From the human T2T-CHM13v2.0 reference genome, Homo sapiens: a stretch of 64,000 nucleotides of DNA. The stretch is taken from the NCBI RefSeq assembly GCF_009914755.1, contig NC_060925.1. One strand, given 5' to 3'. Under the pieces are notes generated by a model, which worked only from the letters and a program-made list of their open reading frames with translations, was not told where the DNA came from and searched no databases. This document shows positions 31,750 to 43,989 of this stretch, one piece after another (within the stretch, counting starts at the first letter, position 1; each line of letters begins with the position of its first letter). Position numbers and translations under genes: made by a program.

Positions 31750-32700
31750 CTAAGCTTCATGAGCTCAAGAGACCTTATTCATCCCAGTGGTTTCTTCATT
31801 TATTCAACAATCACTGGTTGACACTTGCTATTCATTCTTTCATTTATTCTTCAACGTAATTTGCTGAGTGCCTAGAATATCCCAAGAACTCTTCAACACA
31901 CTGTGGATGTGAAGTGAATAAAAGAAAAAAGGACCCTGGTTCCATGGCACTTATATTGTAGTGAGTGGTTTAAGGGGAGAAGGCTGGTAAATAACACCTG
32001 AAGAAGCAAGATCATTTCAGAAAATGGTAGTTACTACAAATTCAATCCAATAGGGTAGTTTGTATAAAATGAAAGTTGTGATGGCAGTTGTAAGGAAAAG
32101 GCTTTTCAAGACAACATTTGAGATAAAACATGGGTGCTGGGAAGGAACCAGTCACGTAAAGATTTCATTCCAGGGCGAGGAAACATGAGGAAACATGAAG
32201 AAACAGGCCCCTGCAAGCACTGTGGGGATAATTTCTTTTTATTCCTATTTCCATCTTTCTCATCTTGGACTTCATTGTGGGAAATAAATCTTCTTGTAGT
32301 TTCCTAACTGATCTCTCTACCTTCATTCTCTCTCATTTCCATTTTAGCATTTACTCATCTGACAGACTTAACTTTTTGAAGCATGACTATTACCATTTAA
32401 TTCACTTGTTTGAATATTCTCATTATTTTCTGTCAGCCTGTAGTGTCACAACCAAATTCTGTAGACTATCATTATAATCTTTACTTGTTCTTATGGCAAT
32501 CTGCATTTCCAGCCATATTTTTTTAGCATTCCCCTTCATCTCCACTTACCTCAGTCAAAATAATGTATTCAGTGTTCTTTTACATCACTTCATATCTTAG
32601 ATTTTGCTCTTTTTGTTCTCTTATCCTAAATTCCCTTCTACCCTGAATCTACGCATGTCCAAAATGTACCCATATTTAAATGGCTAATAGAAGTTCTAAC
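31750..32700. mobile_element. L2 fragments in both orientations
   Basis: TTCATTTATTCAACAA tails and CCCTGGTTCCATGGCACTTATATT. Confidence 0.6.
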
Positions 32701-33036
32701 CCTATTCTACGGTTTTCCCAAATGAGTAAATTATTTGAAATATTTTGCCATGATTTCCATTCCAGAAATGTAAAAAGGACTAGAGAAATGATTTTTTAAA
32801 ATAGACATTTAAGAAGATACATGATATAATGCATATTTGTTAAGTTTTCTTTCTGCCCAGCTTCTCTTTTTAATGACTGGAGGATTTATATCTTTATAAA
32901 TAATGCATCTTCTACGCAGGAGCCTTCATCGTCACTGCTGTGGGTCCTTTGAAGTCAGAATAAAGGCTTCTGACCTTTGGCTTCAACCGAGGAAGCATTT
33001 GATTTTAAATGAATGGGGTATAGTTTCTGGGTGGAA

Positions 33037-33068
<32 letters not shown>
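33037..33068. repeat. (CA)n microsatellite
   Basis: (AC)12 followed by AAACACAC. Confidence 0.95.
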
Positions 33069-33349
33069 AAACTTAAATTCTTATTGCCAATTTGACATCC
33101 TTCGAAAATTGTAACAGTCATTTCAAGCTTAAGGAAATGCGTATTATTTTATGTATTCTCCAACTGATGTCACCACTAAAACTCAAAGTAAAAAAAAAAA
33201 AAAGAAAAATTGACATCTATTTTCTCACCTTTGTAAAAACTGTCTTAATGCACCTGCACTATCTTCAGGAAATATGGGGAATTATACAAAGTTTTAACGT
33301 CTTACTATTTTTTTTAAAATTAGAAATGACTCTGAATGAAGCATGATTT

Positions 33350-33475
33350 CGTTCTCTGTGAAACTGCTTTGAACTTACTCCACTAACGCGGATTCCGCCG
33401 CTTCGTTGCTAGGCAACCAAGTTCAGATTGCTACTTTGCCTTTGCGCTAAGAGTAAACAGGGCCACATGATCACT
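33350..33475. promoter_or_regulatory. Candidate promoter: RFX X-box, forkhead site and local CpG cluster
   Basis: GTTGCTAGGCAAC at 33405-33417 and GTAAACA at 33453-33459. About 7 CpGs in 100 bp of non-repeat DNA within a CpG-depleted window. Minus-strand donor GGA|GTAAGT at 33379/33378. Confidence 0.7.
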
Positions 33476-33713
33476 TTGCATTTTTTAAAGCATAATGCAC
33501 ATTTTTTTCTTTTTTTCCCCTCAAGATCTGTTTGTGGAAGCATACAGAATTTTTTTAAACTTTTCTTTTTAAAGCAGTTTTATCTATTATATCTGCGTCC
33601 TTGGTGAATCTACTTTACAAACTATTTACATTCTACATCTTATACCTTACAATTTTTCTACTTTGTAAATTTTGGAACTTGGCGTTTATATCTACTTTTT
33701 ATTCTCAGTTTAG

Positions 33714-34049
<336 letters not shown>

Positions 34050-34207
34050 AGTTGTTTCTTCATTTAATAATAAAATATTACAACATTAATAATGGAGATA
34101 AGTTTGAGAAACAAGAAATAATTCATCAAATGTTCGCCATATTCAAGTTATTCCTTGTGAGACAGAGAACACAGTGTGACTAAAGCAAACAAGAATCCCT
34201 TCCCTTA

Positions 34208-34585
34208 TGATTTGGTTTGGCTGTTTCCCCACCCAAACTTCATCTTGAATTGTAGTTCCTATAATCCCCACTTGTTAGGGTAGGGACTTCCTGGGAGGTG
34301 ATTAGATTGTAGGAATGGCTTCCCCATGCTCTTCTCATGTTAATGAGTGAGTTCTCACAAGATCTGATGGTTTTATGAGGGGCTCCCCGCCACGCCACCT
34401 TTCTTCTGCACTTCTCTCTCTTGCTGCCTTGTGAAGAAACACGTTTCCTTCCTCTTCCGCCATGATTGTAAGTTTTCTGAGGCCTACTCCACCATGCATA
34501 ACTCTGAGCCAATGAAACCTCTCTCCTTTAGAAATTACCCAGTCTCAGACAATTCTTTATAGCCGCATAAGAATGGACTAATGCA
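34208..34585 (+). mobile_element. THE1 (THE1C/D-like) MaLR solo LTR
   Basis: TGATTTGGTTTGGCTG...GGACTAATGCA with a perfect 5-bp TSD CCTTA. Inserted in L2. Confidence 0.9.
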
Positions 34586-34679
34586 CCTTATGAAGTTTGC
34601 ATTCTACTGAGGGAAGTTAGACAATACATATGTGAAAAAACAAAAAGATAACTATATAGTTGGTATTGATAAGTTTTAA

Positions 34680-34852
34680 GCAGGAGAAGATCCACATTTT
34701 GTGGATTATATAACTCTTCTATAGTTTGATGGCAATTTTTTAAAAAATTATAAATATTGTGGATACAAAATTAGAAGTTCTTTGAAAGAGCCAGTGCAAA
34801 TGAGGAACTAGGAATTGTAAGCATCATCAGTTTCACCATATATCCACCATTT
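34680..34852. mobile_element. Short non-autonomous hAT DNA transposon (MER53-like)
   Basis: CAGGAGAAGATCCACATTTTGTGG...GCAAATGAGG...TTTCACCATATATCCACC. Confidence 0.4.
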
Positions 34853-34859
34853 CTGCTAT

Positions 34860-35800
34860 TGTGGAATACAAACTCAGAAGAGTGCTATGGAGCTCAACGT
34901 GGGTGGGCAGTTGCAATTTTGTACTCTGTGGCCAAAGAAAGCTTCAATAAGAACATGACACTTAAATAATAACAATAATTGAGGAAAATGATGTGGTTGA
35001 TAAGTGGTTATAATTGCTTGGTACTAAAAGATAGGAAGCTGAGCTGGAAAGACAAGATAGAAGGTGGTTGTTGCAGAGTGGAATGCTTGAAATTGAGATC
35101 ACAAATGATGACGATGTTATTAACAACAAAGGATAGACTTTTCTGTGGGAATGGACAACTGAAGTAGAATGAAGAACATGATTACTGGATAAATGGAGGT
35201 CAAGAAACTGAGTAGCGAAGTTATTAGATAATTTCCATGAATATTATGGTAACCTGGAATAAAGCAATATTAACTTTAGATGGCATAACAGCCAGGTGCT
35301 AAAGCTTTTTATTCGTGGTGAAAAATGGGCTGGTAGATTGTGATGGTGAGGTTGAAATATAGTGGGAAGGGGAGCAGGGACTGAAGTCTCTACAAGAACA
35401 CTCAGAGTTACACGTGTATGTATTCCTATGTGCATGACAGCAAAAAAGGATAGAAAGTGAGTGGTGTAATCTGGTGTCAAAATTTATGACTGGAGTAATT
35501 TAGTGACAAGAGAGGAATAATATTCTGCAAACCATAACAGAGAGCATGAGTGTTACCAAGTCCACCTTCAAGATCTTTAATATGTAGTTTGTGTGGAAGA
35601 AAACGACTGTCACTTGGGAGTACTATGAGGGAAGCAGTAGCCTCAGTAAGATCTGGGTTTCAGTTCCACTAAGAAGGTGAAGGCAATTTTTCAAAAAAGA
35701 TACTTAGAATGTAATGTATTTATCTGATGACCGAGCATGATTCCCTGAAGATATAATGGAAAAATTTCAAAGTTGAAGAGCAGCTGACAGTAAATGACAG
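34860..35800 (-). mobile_element. L2 internal remnant
   Basis: Purine-rich degenerate L2 antisense sequence (GAGGTCAAGAAACTGAG, GTTTCAGTT...AAGAAGGTGAAGG). Confidence 0.5.
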
Positions 35801-37696
35801 GCACATCTTTAGGACAAATAGATTCTCCATGATGATGAATAATATGAGATTCCTGGTCTATTGGTTAGGAATGATGTACAATGGAATCATGGAAATTTGT
35901 CTTGATGGTCACAGTGAAGATTCATGGTTACATACACATATGTGTTTATTGTATCTGCATGTAGGTCATACATAATCATTATAGATGTATGAGCATATTT
36001 GCACACAATCACAAAAAAATAGGCATTGACACTTGCAGACTAAAGGCTAAAGATGAAACAGTTATATCGTATATGTTACTTACCACTAGCTTATTTCCTC
36101 TGGAGTCCCATAAACACTCCTCCCATGAGTCAACCCTAGCAATAGGAGTCTATTATTACACCCACATTTCAGAAGTCTGAAGGAAGTGAAAAATTCTGTT
36201 ATATCCCATTAGATCCAATGAATACCATAATTTACTGCACTGCTATATTTGTTGATCAAAACATTAAAATGTGTATATACTTCATATAATTTTTCATTAA
36301 GATTTATTCAAATGAAGTGATTTATTCATTAACGGAAATAATATTAAGTAGAAGAAAAACAGGAAACAACACAACACATTCTCACATTTACAGAGCTAGC
36401 TCATGAATTCTACCCATCTACTAATGGTAGATTTTACTGAGCAAACGTTGAATCTATGTTTTGTGAATTCTTGCGTTTAAAAGGAAAAGGACTGTTTCAT
36501 AAAAGCATCTTGTACTCCCTAATTAAATTATGAATTTCAGAGGTAGTTCATTGTATGACTCATTGGCCTTTATCTCTCTGGTTCTCTAATTTAAATTGAA
36601 TTCACATAAGCATTCCTAAAAACTGATACTGGTAATTTGTTAGTAAAAATTCACTTTGGAAAAGGATTTTGTAAATGTCTTTATCTCATTTGAAACATAA
36701 AGTAATTTAAGTGTTTCCAAAAACTCAGAATAAATGACAGTTTCAATAAGTATTTTTTATTTATGTATGTGAGTGAAAACTTATTTTCATTTTCAGAAAT
36801 AAGCATTTTATAGAGTTGGCACTTTTTAAAAACTTTTAAAACCAATCAAATTTTCTGCTCTAAGATTTTGAATAGAGGGATATAGGCCAGAAGGATCACT
36901 GTGCACGTGAGGCATGGGCAAGAAAACTATGGGGCATGATAGCATTGAAGCTCAACTGTGGTTTTAATTTTTAGGTTATTTTGCCAGAAATTATTTCATA
37001 AGTCTACGGGAGATGTTTGTCTAGAAGGACATTTATAATTTTATAGAGAAATAAATATCCACATCCTCAGATAATCTAAACAAATTGTTTATGTGACTAA
37101 GTGTTGGGGCTGCAATTGGAAGGGTCATGCTAAGTTCTTTCTGAAGAATAATTTAAGCCTTAACTAAAGAAGAGAAAATGAAATATAGGAATGTTTTGGG
37201 AGGAGCTGGATCAAAAGGAGGAGTCTCAGGAGAAAAGGAGGGAAGAGAAGTGCGCTATCGGGTTAGAGTTTAGAATCAAGAATCCTTTCTGTGACAGGAA
37301 CCCTATTTATTTAATCAGTTTGAAGCTTAAGAAGCACCAAGTCCAGCAGATGGAAAAAAAAGTTTTCCTCTGAGGAACACAATCTGAGTTTTCAGGGTCT
37401 ATGGTGAATAAAAATTTTCATCTCAGCATTTCAGCCAAGAATGTTTTGCACCCATTTCCTGAGAGTAGTATTCTCTTATGTCTGTCCTGGGTAAACTCTA
37501 CTGGAAATCTTCGAATTATTTCAAAATTCAGATATTCAAAGACACTTTGGAACTTTGAACTGTCATGTGTGAAATCCTTTTGTTCACAGGTGGGATGCCC
37601 TACTACCTGTATCCAGAAGCTTGTACCTCTCACCTTAGGGGAATGGAGAACAGCTTCCTTACCCATGTCCTGTCACTAAAATAGAGCAACTGAGTA

Positions 37697-38023
37697 CAGT
37701 AGTGCCCCCTTGTCCATGGTGGTTTCATTTTCCATGGTTACAGTTATGCACAGCCAACTGCATTCAGAAAATAAGTGAGTACATTCTATTAACATATTTT
37801 GAAATCAGAGACCACATTCATGTAGCTTTTATTGCTGTAATTGTATTTATTATTGTTTGTTATGGTTCATCTCTTACTTAGCCTAATGTATAAATGAAAC
37901 TTTTCATAGGTGTCTATGTATAGGAAAATACATAGCATATGTAGGGTTAGGTACTATCCAAGGCTTCAGACATTCACTGGGGGTCTTGGAACATATCCCT
38001 AGTGGATAAAGAGGGACTACAAA
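37697..38023. mobile_element. MER44/Tigger7-type Tc-Mariner DNA transposon
   Basis: TA|CAGTAGTGCCCCCTTGTCC left TIR and GGATAAAGAGGGACTAC right TIR. Internal GGGGGTCTTGGAAC. Confidence 0.8.
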
Positions 38024-39583
38024 ATAACTGAGATAGAAATCTAGTGGAACAAATAATGCTTTTGCACCACTGTTAATTTACATTCTTTTTCTTTCTGTAT
38101 CAACTAATAATAGCAAAAGACAGATGTTGCACATGAATAATGTTGATGGAAATCTCAAATCACCAATATATGAAAAACAAAATGCTGAATTTATTTTTAA
38201 TTTGTTAGTTTTTTTCTTGACTAAGGGAGAACTGTTTGTAAATATAAAAATTCAGCTCCTCACTGAACAAAGAAAATGAAAAGATTTTGGTATTTAGGAT
38301 TAGGAAGAAAACTGGAGCTTGAATTATATTTAAACAAAGCAGTATTTTGATTAGAGCTTATTATTGAAATAATACATTCTAAAATCCAGAGTGGTGCAGT
38401 CCTAGGGCACCAACTCATTGAGAAAAGTTTAATGCAAAAAAAAATCTTTGAACACACTTGCAGCTTCCGGCGAATATGAGACATATCCTTCAGGAAAGCA
38501 GAATTTATAGATTTCTATGTAGGTACAAAAATGTCTTAAAGCAAGTGTGGAATTTCTTTGTTTTCATTCCCTCCCTTTGTCCTTTCTTGGCTAAGTCACA
38601 GGGGAGACCACTACATATTGTCCAGATCTCTATACTGTCATGATTCTCCTTAGGAAATAACACTCAGAATATAATACAGGTAGGACAAGTGATTCTGGAA
38701 CTTTCATTTGTATTAGTGAATGAAGGTGACAATGTGGAATGACAGTACTTCACCAAGGAAGAAAAATGTTATCACAACTTTATTTCAATTTACAATTCTG
38801 GGAGGCTCAAGAGTCAAATCAAGCTCTGTCATGTTCCCTGGTCTGACAGTTCTCCTCTCTCCACAGCATCAAACAATTTGCTAAGAACTTTGCACTTATT
38901 AACTGATTTAAACTTTATAATAATTCTATTAGTTAAGCAAGTTATTACCCTCTTTATAAATTAAGAAAATAAGCCAGGGAGATATTCAAGAATTTGTTCA
39001 AGCTAACACAGTTCTAAATATTCAAGTAATATGTGAAAGTCAAGAAGAAATTAAAGATCAGAAAAAATAAATAAATATTTGCTATTATGGGGTTCCACCA
39101 CTTGAATGTCTAAATATTGTACAATGGTGAAAGCTGTATATCTTGCATTAATGTCCAACACATTTAAATGGCTTGCCATTTTTGTATTCCACCTAATTGC
39201 CTTAATAATGAAATTTGAGTTTCTATGGCATTTTATTTTTTGCAAGTTATTTTACACTTTAAATGTGTGAACACAAACACAATGTAGCAACATATTATTA
39301 TCAATATTATTCACTTCAGAAAATAAACTTTGAAGTGAGAATTAATAATATGGCATTTATTCTCTTCCTATTAGGAATTTATATGTATAATTCATTTATT
39401 AATTATGTATCAAATTATACAATAACTTACTAAATAGTTTTAAAAGGTGGTTTCCATGAACTTTAAAATTATATAACCACTCATACCTTTTTTGTGTCTG
39501 TAACTAGAGAATGAATTGATTATATTTTTAGATTAATGACTTGTATGGACATTTAACAGGCAGAATTGAGGGAGTTGCTGGCA

Positions 39584-42500
39584 TTTTTTTTTTTTTTCAA
39601 CTTTTATTTTAGGTTCAGGGAGTGCATGTGAAGGTTTGTTATATGGGTAGATTGCATGTCACTGGGGTTTGGTGTACAAATGATTTTGTTACCCAGATAG
39701 CGAGTATAGTACCTGATAGGCAGTTCTTTGGTCCTCAGCCTATTCCCACCCTCCACCCTCAAGTAGGCCCTGGTGTCTGTTGTTCCCCTCTTTGTGTTCA
39801 TGTGTCCTTAATGTTTACTTCTCACTTATAAGGGAGAAGCTGTATTTGGTTTTCTATTCCTGTGTTAATCCACTTAGGACAATGGCCTCCAGCTCCATCC
39901 ATGTATTTGGAAAGAACATGATTTCCTTATTTTTATGGCTGTGTTGTATTCCATAGTTTGTATATACCATATTTCTTTATCCAGTCCACTGTTGATGGGC
40001 ATCTAGGTTGATACCATGTCTGTTACTGTAATTGGTGCTGGGATGAACACAGGAGTGCATGTGTCTTTTTGGTAGAATGATTTATATTCCTTTGAATATA
40101 TACCCGGTAGTAGGATTGGTGGGTTGAGTCTGTTCTACATTCTTGGGGAAATGTCCAAACTGCTTTCCACAGTGGTTGAACTAATTTACATTCACAACAG
40201 CAGTGTGTAAACGTTCCTCTTCTCTACAAACTCGCCAATATCAGTTATGTTCTATTTAATAGCCATTCTTACTGGTGTCAGGTGATATCCATTGTGGTCT
40301 TGATATGCATTTTTGTAGTGATGAGTGATGTTGAGCATTTTGTCATATGCTTAGTGGCTGCATGTATGCCTTCTTTTGAAAAGTGTCTGTTCATGTCCTT
40401 TGTACTTTTTTTAAGTGGGTTGTTTGATTTTTGCTTTTTGATTTGTTTAAGGTAATTTTAGTACCTGGACATTAGGCCTTTGTCAGATGCATAGTTTGCA
40501 AACATATTTTTAAATTCTGTAGGTTTTCTGTTTACTCTCTTGACAATTTATTTTGCTGTCCAGAAGCTCTTTAGTTTAATTAGGTCTCACTTGTTTTTTT
40601 TCTTGTATTTGTTTCAATTGTTTTTGGAGTCTTCGTTATGGAATCTTTGCCAATGCTTATGTTCAGAATGTTATTTCCTAGGTTTTCTTTTAGGTTTTTT
40701 TTTTTGTTTGTTTTTTTTTTTTTTTTTTTTTTTGAGACAGAGTCTAACTCTTGTTACCCAGGCTGGAGTGCAATGGTGCGTGATCTCGGCTCACTGCAAC
40801 TTCTGCCTCCCGGTTTCAAGCAATTCTCCTGCCTCAGCCTCCCAAGTAGCTGGGATTACAGGCATGTGCCAACATGCCCGGCTAATTTTGTATTTTTTTA
40901 GTAGAGATGGGATTTCACCATGTTGGTCAGGCTGGTCTTGAACTGGCCTCAAGTGATCCGCCTGCCTCTGCCTCACAAAATGCTGGGATTACAGGCGTGA
41001 GCCACTGCACCCAGATATTCTTCTAGGGTTCTAGGCACTAGGCCCAGCCATTCTTCTAGGGTTCTCATAGTTTTATGTCTTATATTTAAATATTTAATCT
41101 ATCGAGTTGATTTCTGCATATGGTAAAAGGAATGGGTCCAGTTTCAATCTTCTGCATATGGCTAGCCTGTTATCCCAGCACTATTTATTGAATTGGGAGT
41201 GCTTTGTTCATTGCCTGTTTTATTGACTTTGTCAAAGATCAGATGGGGGTAGGTTTGTGGCTTTATTTATTTATTTATTTATTACTTGTTCCATTGGTCT
41301 ATGTGCCTGTTTTTGTACCACTACTATGCTGTGTTGGTTACTGTAGCCTTACAGTATAGTTTGAAGTAGGGTAATATGATGTCTCTGGCTTTGTTCTTTT
41401 TGCATAGGATCGCTTGGGTTATTCAGGTTCTGTTTTGCTTCCATTTGACTTTAGAATAGTTTTTTCTAATTCTTTGAAAAATGATGTTGGTAGTTTGATA
41501 GGAATAGCATGAAATCTGTAAGTTGCTTTGGGCAGTATGGCCATTTTTAAAATATTGATGATTTCTATCCATAAGCATGGAATGTTATTCCACTTGTTTT
41601 TGTTATCTCTGATTTCTTTTGTTTTTAGTTCCGTTTATGTGATAAATTATATTTATTGATTTCCATATGTTAAACTAACCTTGCATCCCAGGAATAAAGT
41701 TTACCTAAATGTGGTGTATCGACTTTTTGATGTGTTACTAGATTTGATTTGCTAGTATTTTGTTGAGAATTTTTGCATCTATGTTCATCAAGGATAGTAG
41801 CCTGACTTTTTTCTTTTTATCTCTCTCAGTTTTTGGTATCTGAATGATACTGGTCTCTTAGAATGAGTTAGGGAGGAGTCCCTCCTTCTCACGTTTCTGA
41901 AATAATTTTAGTAAGACTGGTACCAGCTCTTCTTTATACATCTGGTAGAATTCGGACTGTGAATTCATCTGTTCCAGAGCTTTTCCTTCTTGGTAGGTGT
42001 TTTATAACTGGTTGAATTTTGGAACTTATTCTTGGTCTGCTCAGTATTTTTATGTCTTCCTGGTCCAATCTTGAGCAGTTGTATGTTTCCAGGAATTTAT
42101 CATTTTTTTCCGGGTTTTCTAGTTGTTGTCCAGAGTGTTCATAAAAGCCTCTCAGGGATTTTTGTATTTCTGTGGCATCAGTGGTAATGTCACTTGTGTC
42201 ATTTCTCATTATGTTTATTTGGATCTTCTTTTTTTCTTTATTAATCTGGATGGTGGTCTATAAATCTGATCTATTCTTTCATAAAAACAACTTTTATTTT
42301 TGTTGATTTTTCCCTATGGATTTTTGCACTACAATTTCTTTCAGGTCAGCTGATTTTGGTGGTTTATTTTCTTCTACTAGCTTTGGGCTTGGTTTGCTCT
42401 TGGTTTTTCTAGTTCCTCTAGGTGTGATATTAAGTTATTAACTTGAGATTTTTCTAACTTCTTGATGTAATTATGTAGTGCTATAAACATTTCTCTTAAT

Positions 42501-42755
42501 GCTGCTTTAGCTGTGTCCCAGAGATTCTAGAATGTTTTGCCTTTGCTTTTTTGTTTAAAATAATTATTTTGATTTCTGCCTCAATTTTTTTTATGCAGAA
42601 GTAATTCAAGAGCAGGTTGTTTAATTTCCATGGATCTGCTTAATTCTCCATGGATGTGTTTGGAGAATGCCAGTGTACTAGATGGTCTGTTCTCCCTTGG
42701 TGGGCAAAGCTCTTCCTGGCTACATCTAGTAGGCCATCTTGGCTCTTCCCCTCCC
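39584..42755 (-). mobile_element. L1PA15/16-like LINE-1 with both ends but two large internal deletions; interrupted by an Alu
   Basis: Poly-T plus 3'UTR at 39584, antisense ORF2, and 5' terminus GGGAAGAGCCAAGATGGCC (minus) at ~42732-42750. Possible TSD CATTTTTT. Confidence 0.85.
40695..41016 (-). mobile_element. Alu, AluSq/Sp-like, nested in L1
   Basis: Poly-T tail, ACTCTTGTT diagnostic and degenerate TSD TTCTT(T/C)TAGG. Confidence 0.9.
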
Positions 42756-43046
42756 CATTTTTTGGGGGAGGATATTGTTTATTTGGTGCTACATAAATTA
42801 CTAGAAATAGCAACATATTAGAATCTCTGGAACACAGCTAAAGCAGCATTAAGAGGAAAATTTATAGCACTACATGATTACACCAAGAAGTTAAAAAAAT
42901 CTCAAGTTAATATTTTTATGGGGTTTTAAAGTGTATTGGTGGAAAAAATGCTCTAAAAATACATCCATAAAAAGAAAATATACTTTTGGCTTTATTTCTC
43001 AAATGTATGTAGTATACAGCATAGTATTCTTTTAATGGAAAAAAAC

Positions 43047-43091
43047 TATATATATATATGTATATATATACATATATACATATATATATAG
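43047..43091. repeat. (TA)n-rich microsatellite
   Basis: Interrupted TATATA tract. Confidence 0.9.
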
Positions 43092-43707
43092 CTATGTGTA
43101 AACTCACATACTTCTTATCTTGAATTAAATTATTCATTTTATAATGGTTTAAGAAATTTAAAACATAGGCCTATGTATAAACTCCCATTCCTCATAAAGA
43201 TATACAACCAAAGCTAATTTAAAAATAAATTATAAACACTATAAAATTAATATTATTCAAATTACCAACATTAATTTAATGTCAGAAATAATATTTTAAG
43301 GACATAATTGAATTAACCAACAGTGATAGGTAAAGTTTATTTTTTAATTCAAGATGCCTACAGGTTATGCCCTATGATAGCTAAATTTTCATACCCATAT
43401 TTCTACTCAAACACTGGTGGATACTTCACTAATCTAAATCATTTGGCAAGAATGCAGAATTTATATTTAATATGATCCTGTTGTTGTATCACTAATAGTA
43501 GGGTGTGGTATCATTTCTCTCTCATTAAATGGATATTGAGTGGATTAATAGTATATTTAAAGCCAAAACTCAAGCTACCAATTTTCAGCTTCTATTTTTA
43601 AAGGTATTTAAAATTTATTTGTTTTAAGAAAAAATGTTTGTGAAATATTTAAATTTTAAATAAAGGTATTTAAAAATTATTTAATAATGGCCTACTATAT
43701 ACCAAGC

Positions 43708-43772
43708 ACTGGTTACAGAGGATAATTTATACAATGTCCTACTGGTTACAGAGGATAATTTATGCAATGCCC
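43708..43772. repeat. 33-bp tandem duplication within an L2 remnant
   Basis: ACTGGTTACAGAGGATAATTTAT(A/G)CAATG(T/C)CC twice. Confidence 0.9.
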
Positions 43773-43989
43773 ATACTTTCATAGAGCTTACCTTCTAATG
43801 TAGGAAGATATGTGTATGTTTTTATATCTATATGTTTGTGTTGTGTTTGTGTCTATGTATATCTATATCCACATCTGTATCTATGGATGTTGAATGAAAA
43901 AGTCAGGGTAAAGGGTGAAGAAGGGTGGAAACGCCAGGGTGCATTGTGAGATATGCTAGTGTCAACAGTTATAATTGCTCATGTATTGT

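Noticed and set aside
27161-33420. Assigning a named ciliary gene to the X-box promoter
   Set aside because: No candidate exon translated to a protein I recognise, so no gene symbol is given.
37401-37679. Overlapping 92-aa (+) and 82-aa (-) ORFs in unique DNA
   Set aside because: No recognisable domain and no convincing splice context. Length is within chance expectation.
40540-40976. Alu-overlapping ORFs (also 11488, 44473, 44603, 48233, 56465)
   Set aside because: Typical Alu-derived spurious translations (LECSG, SPASAS, SSWDYR).
43708-43772. CRISPR-like direct repeats (also 10679-10771 and 12925-12971)
   Set aside because: Only two copies, no unique spacers, no cas genes, eukaryotic context. 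These are simple tandem duplications.
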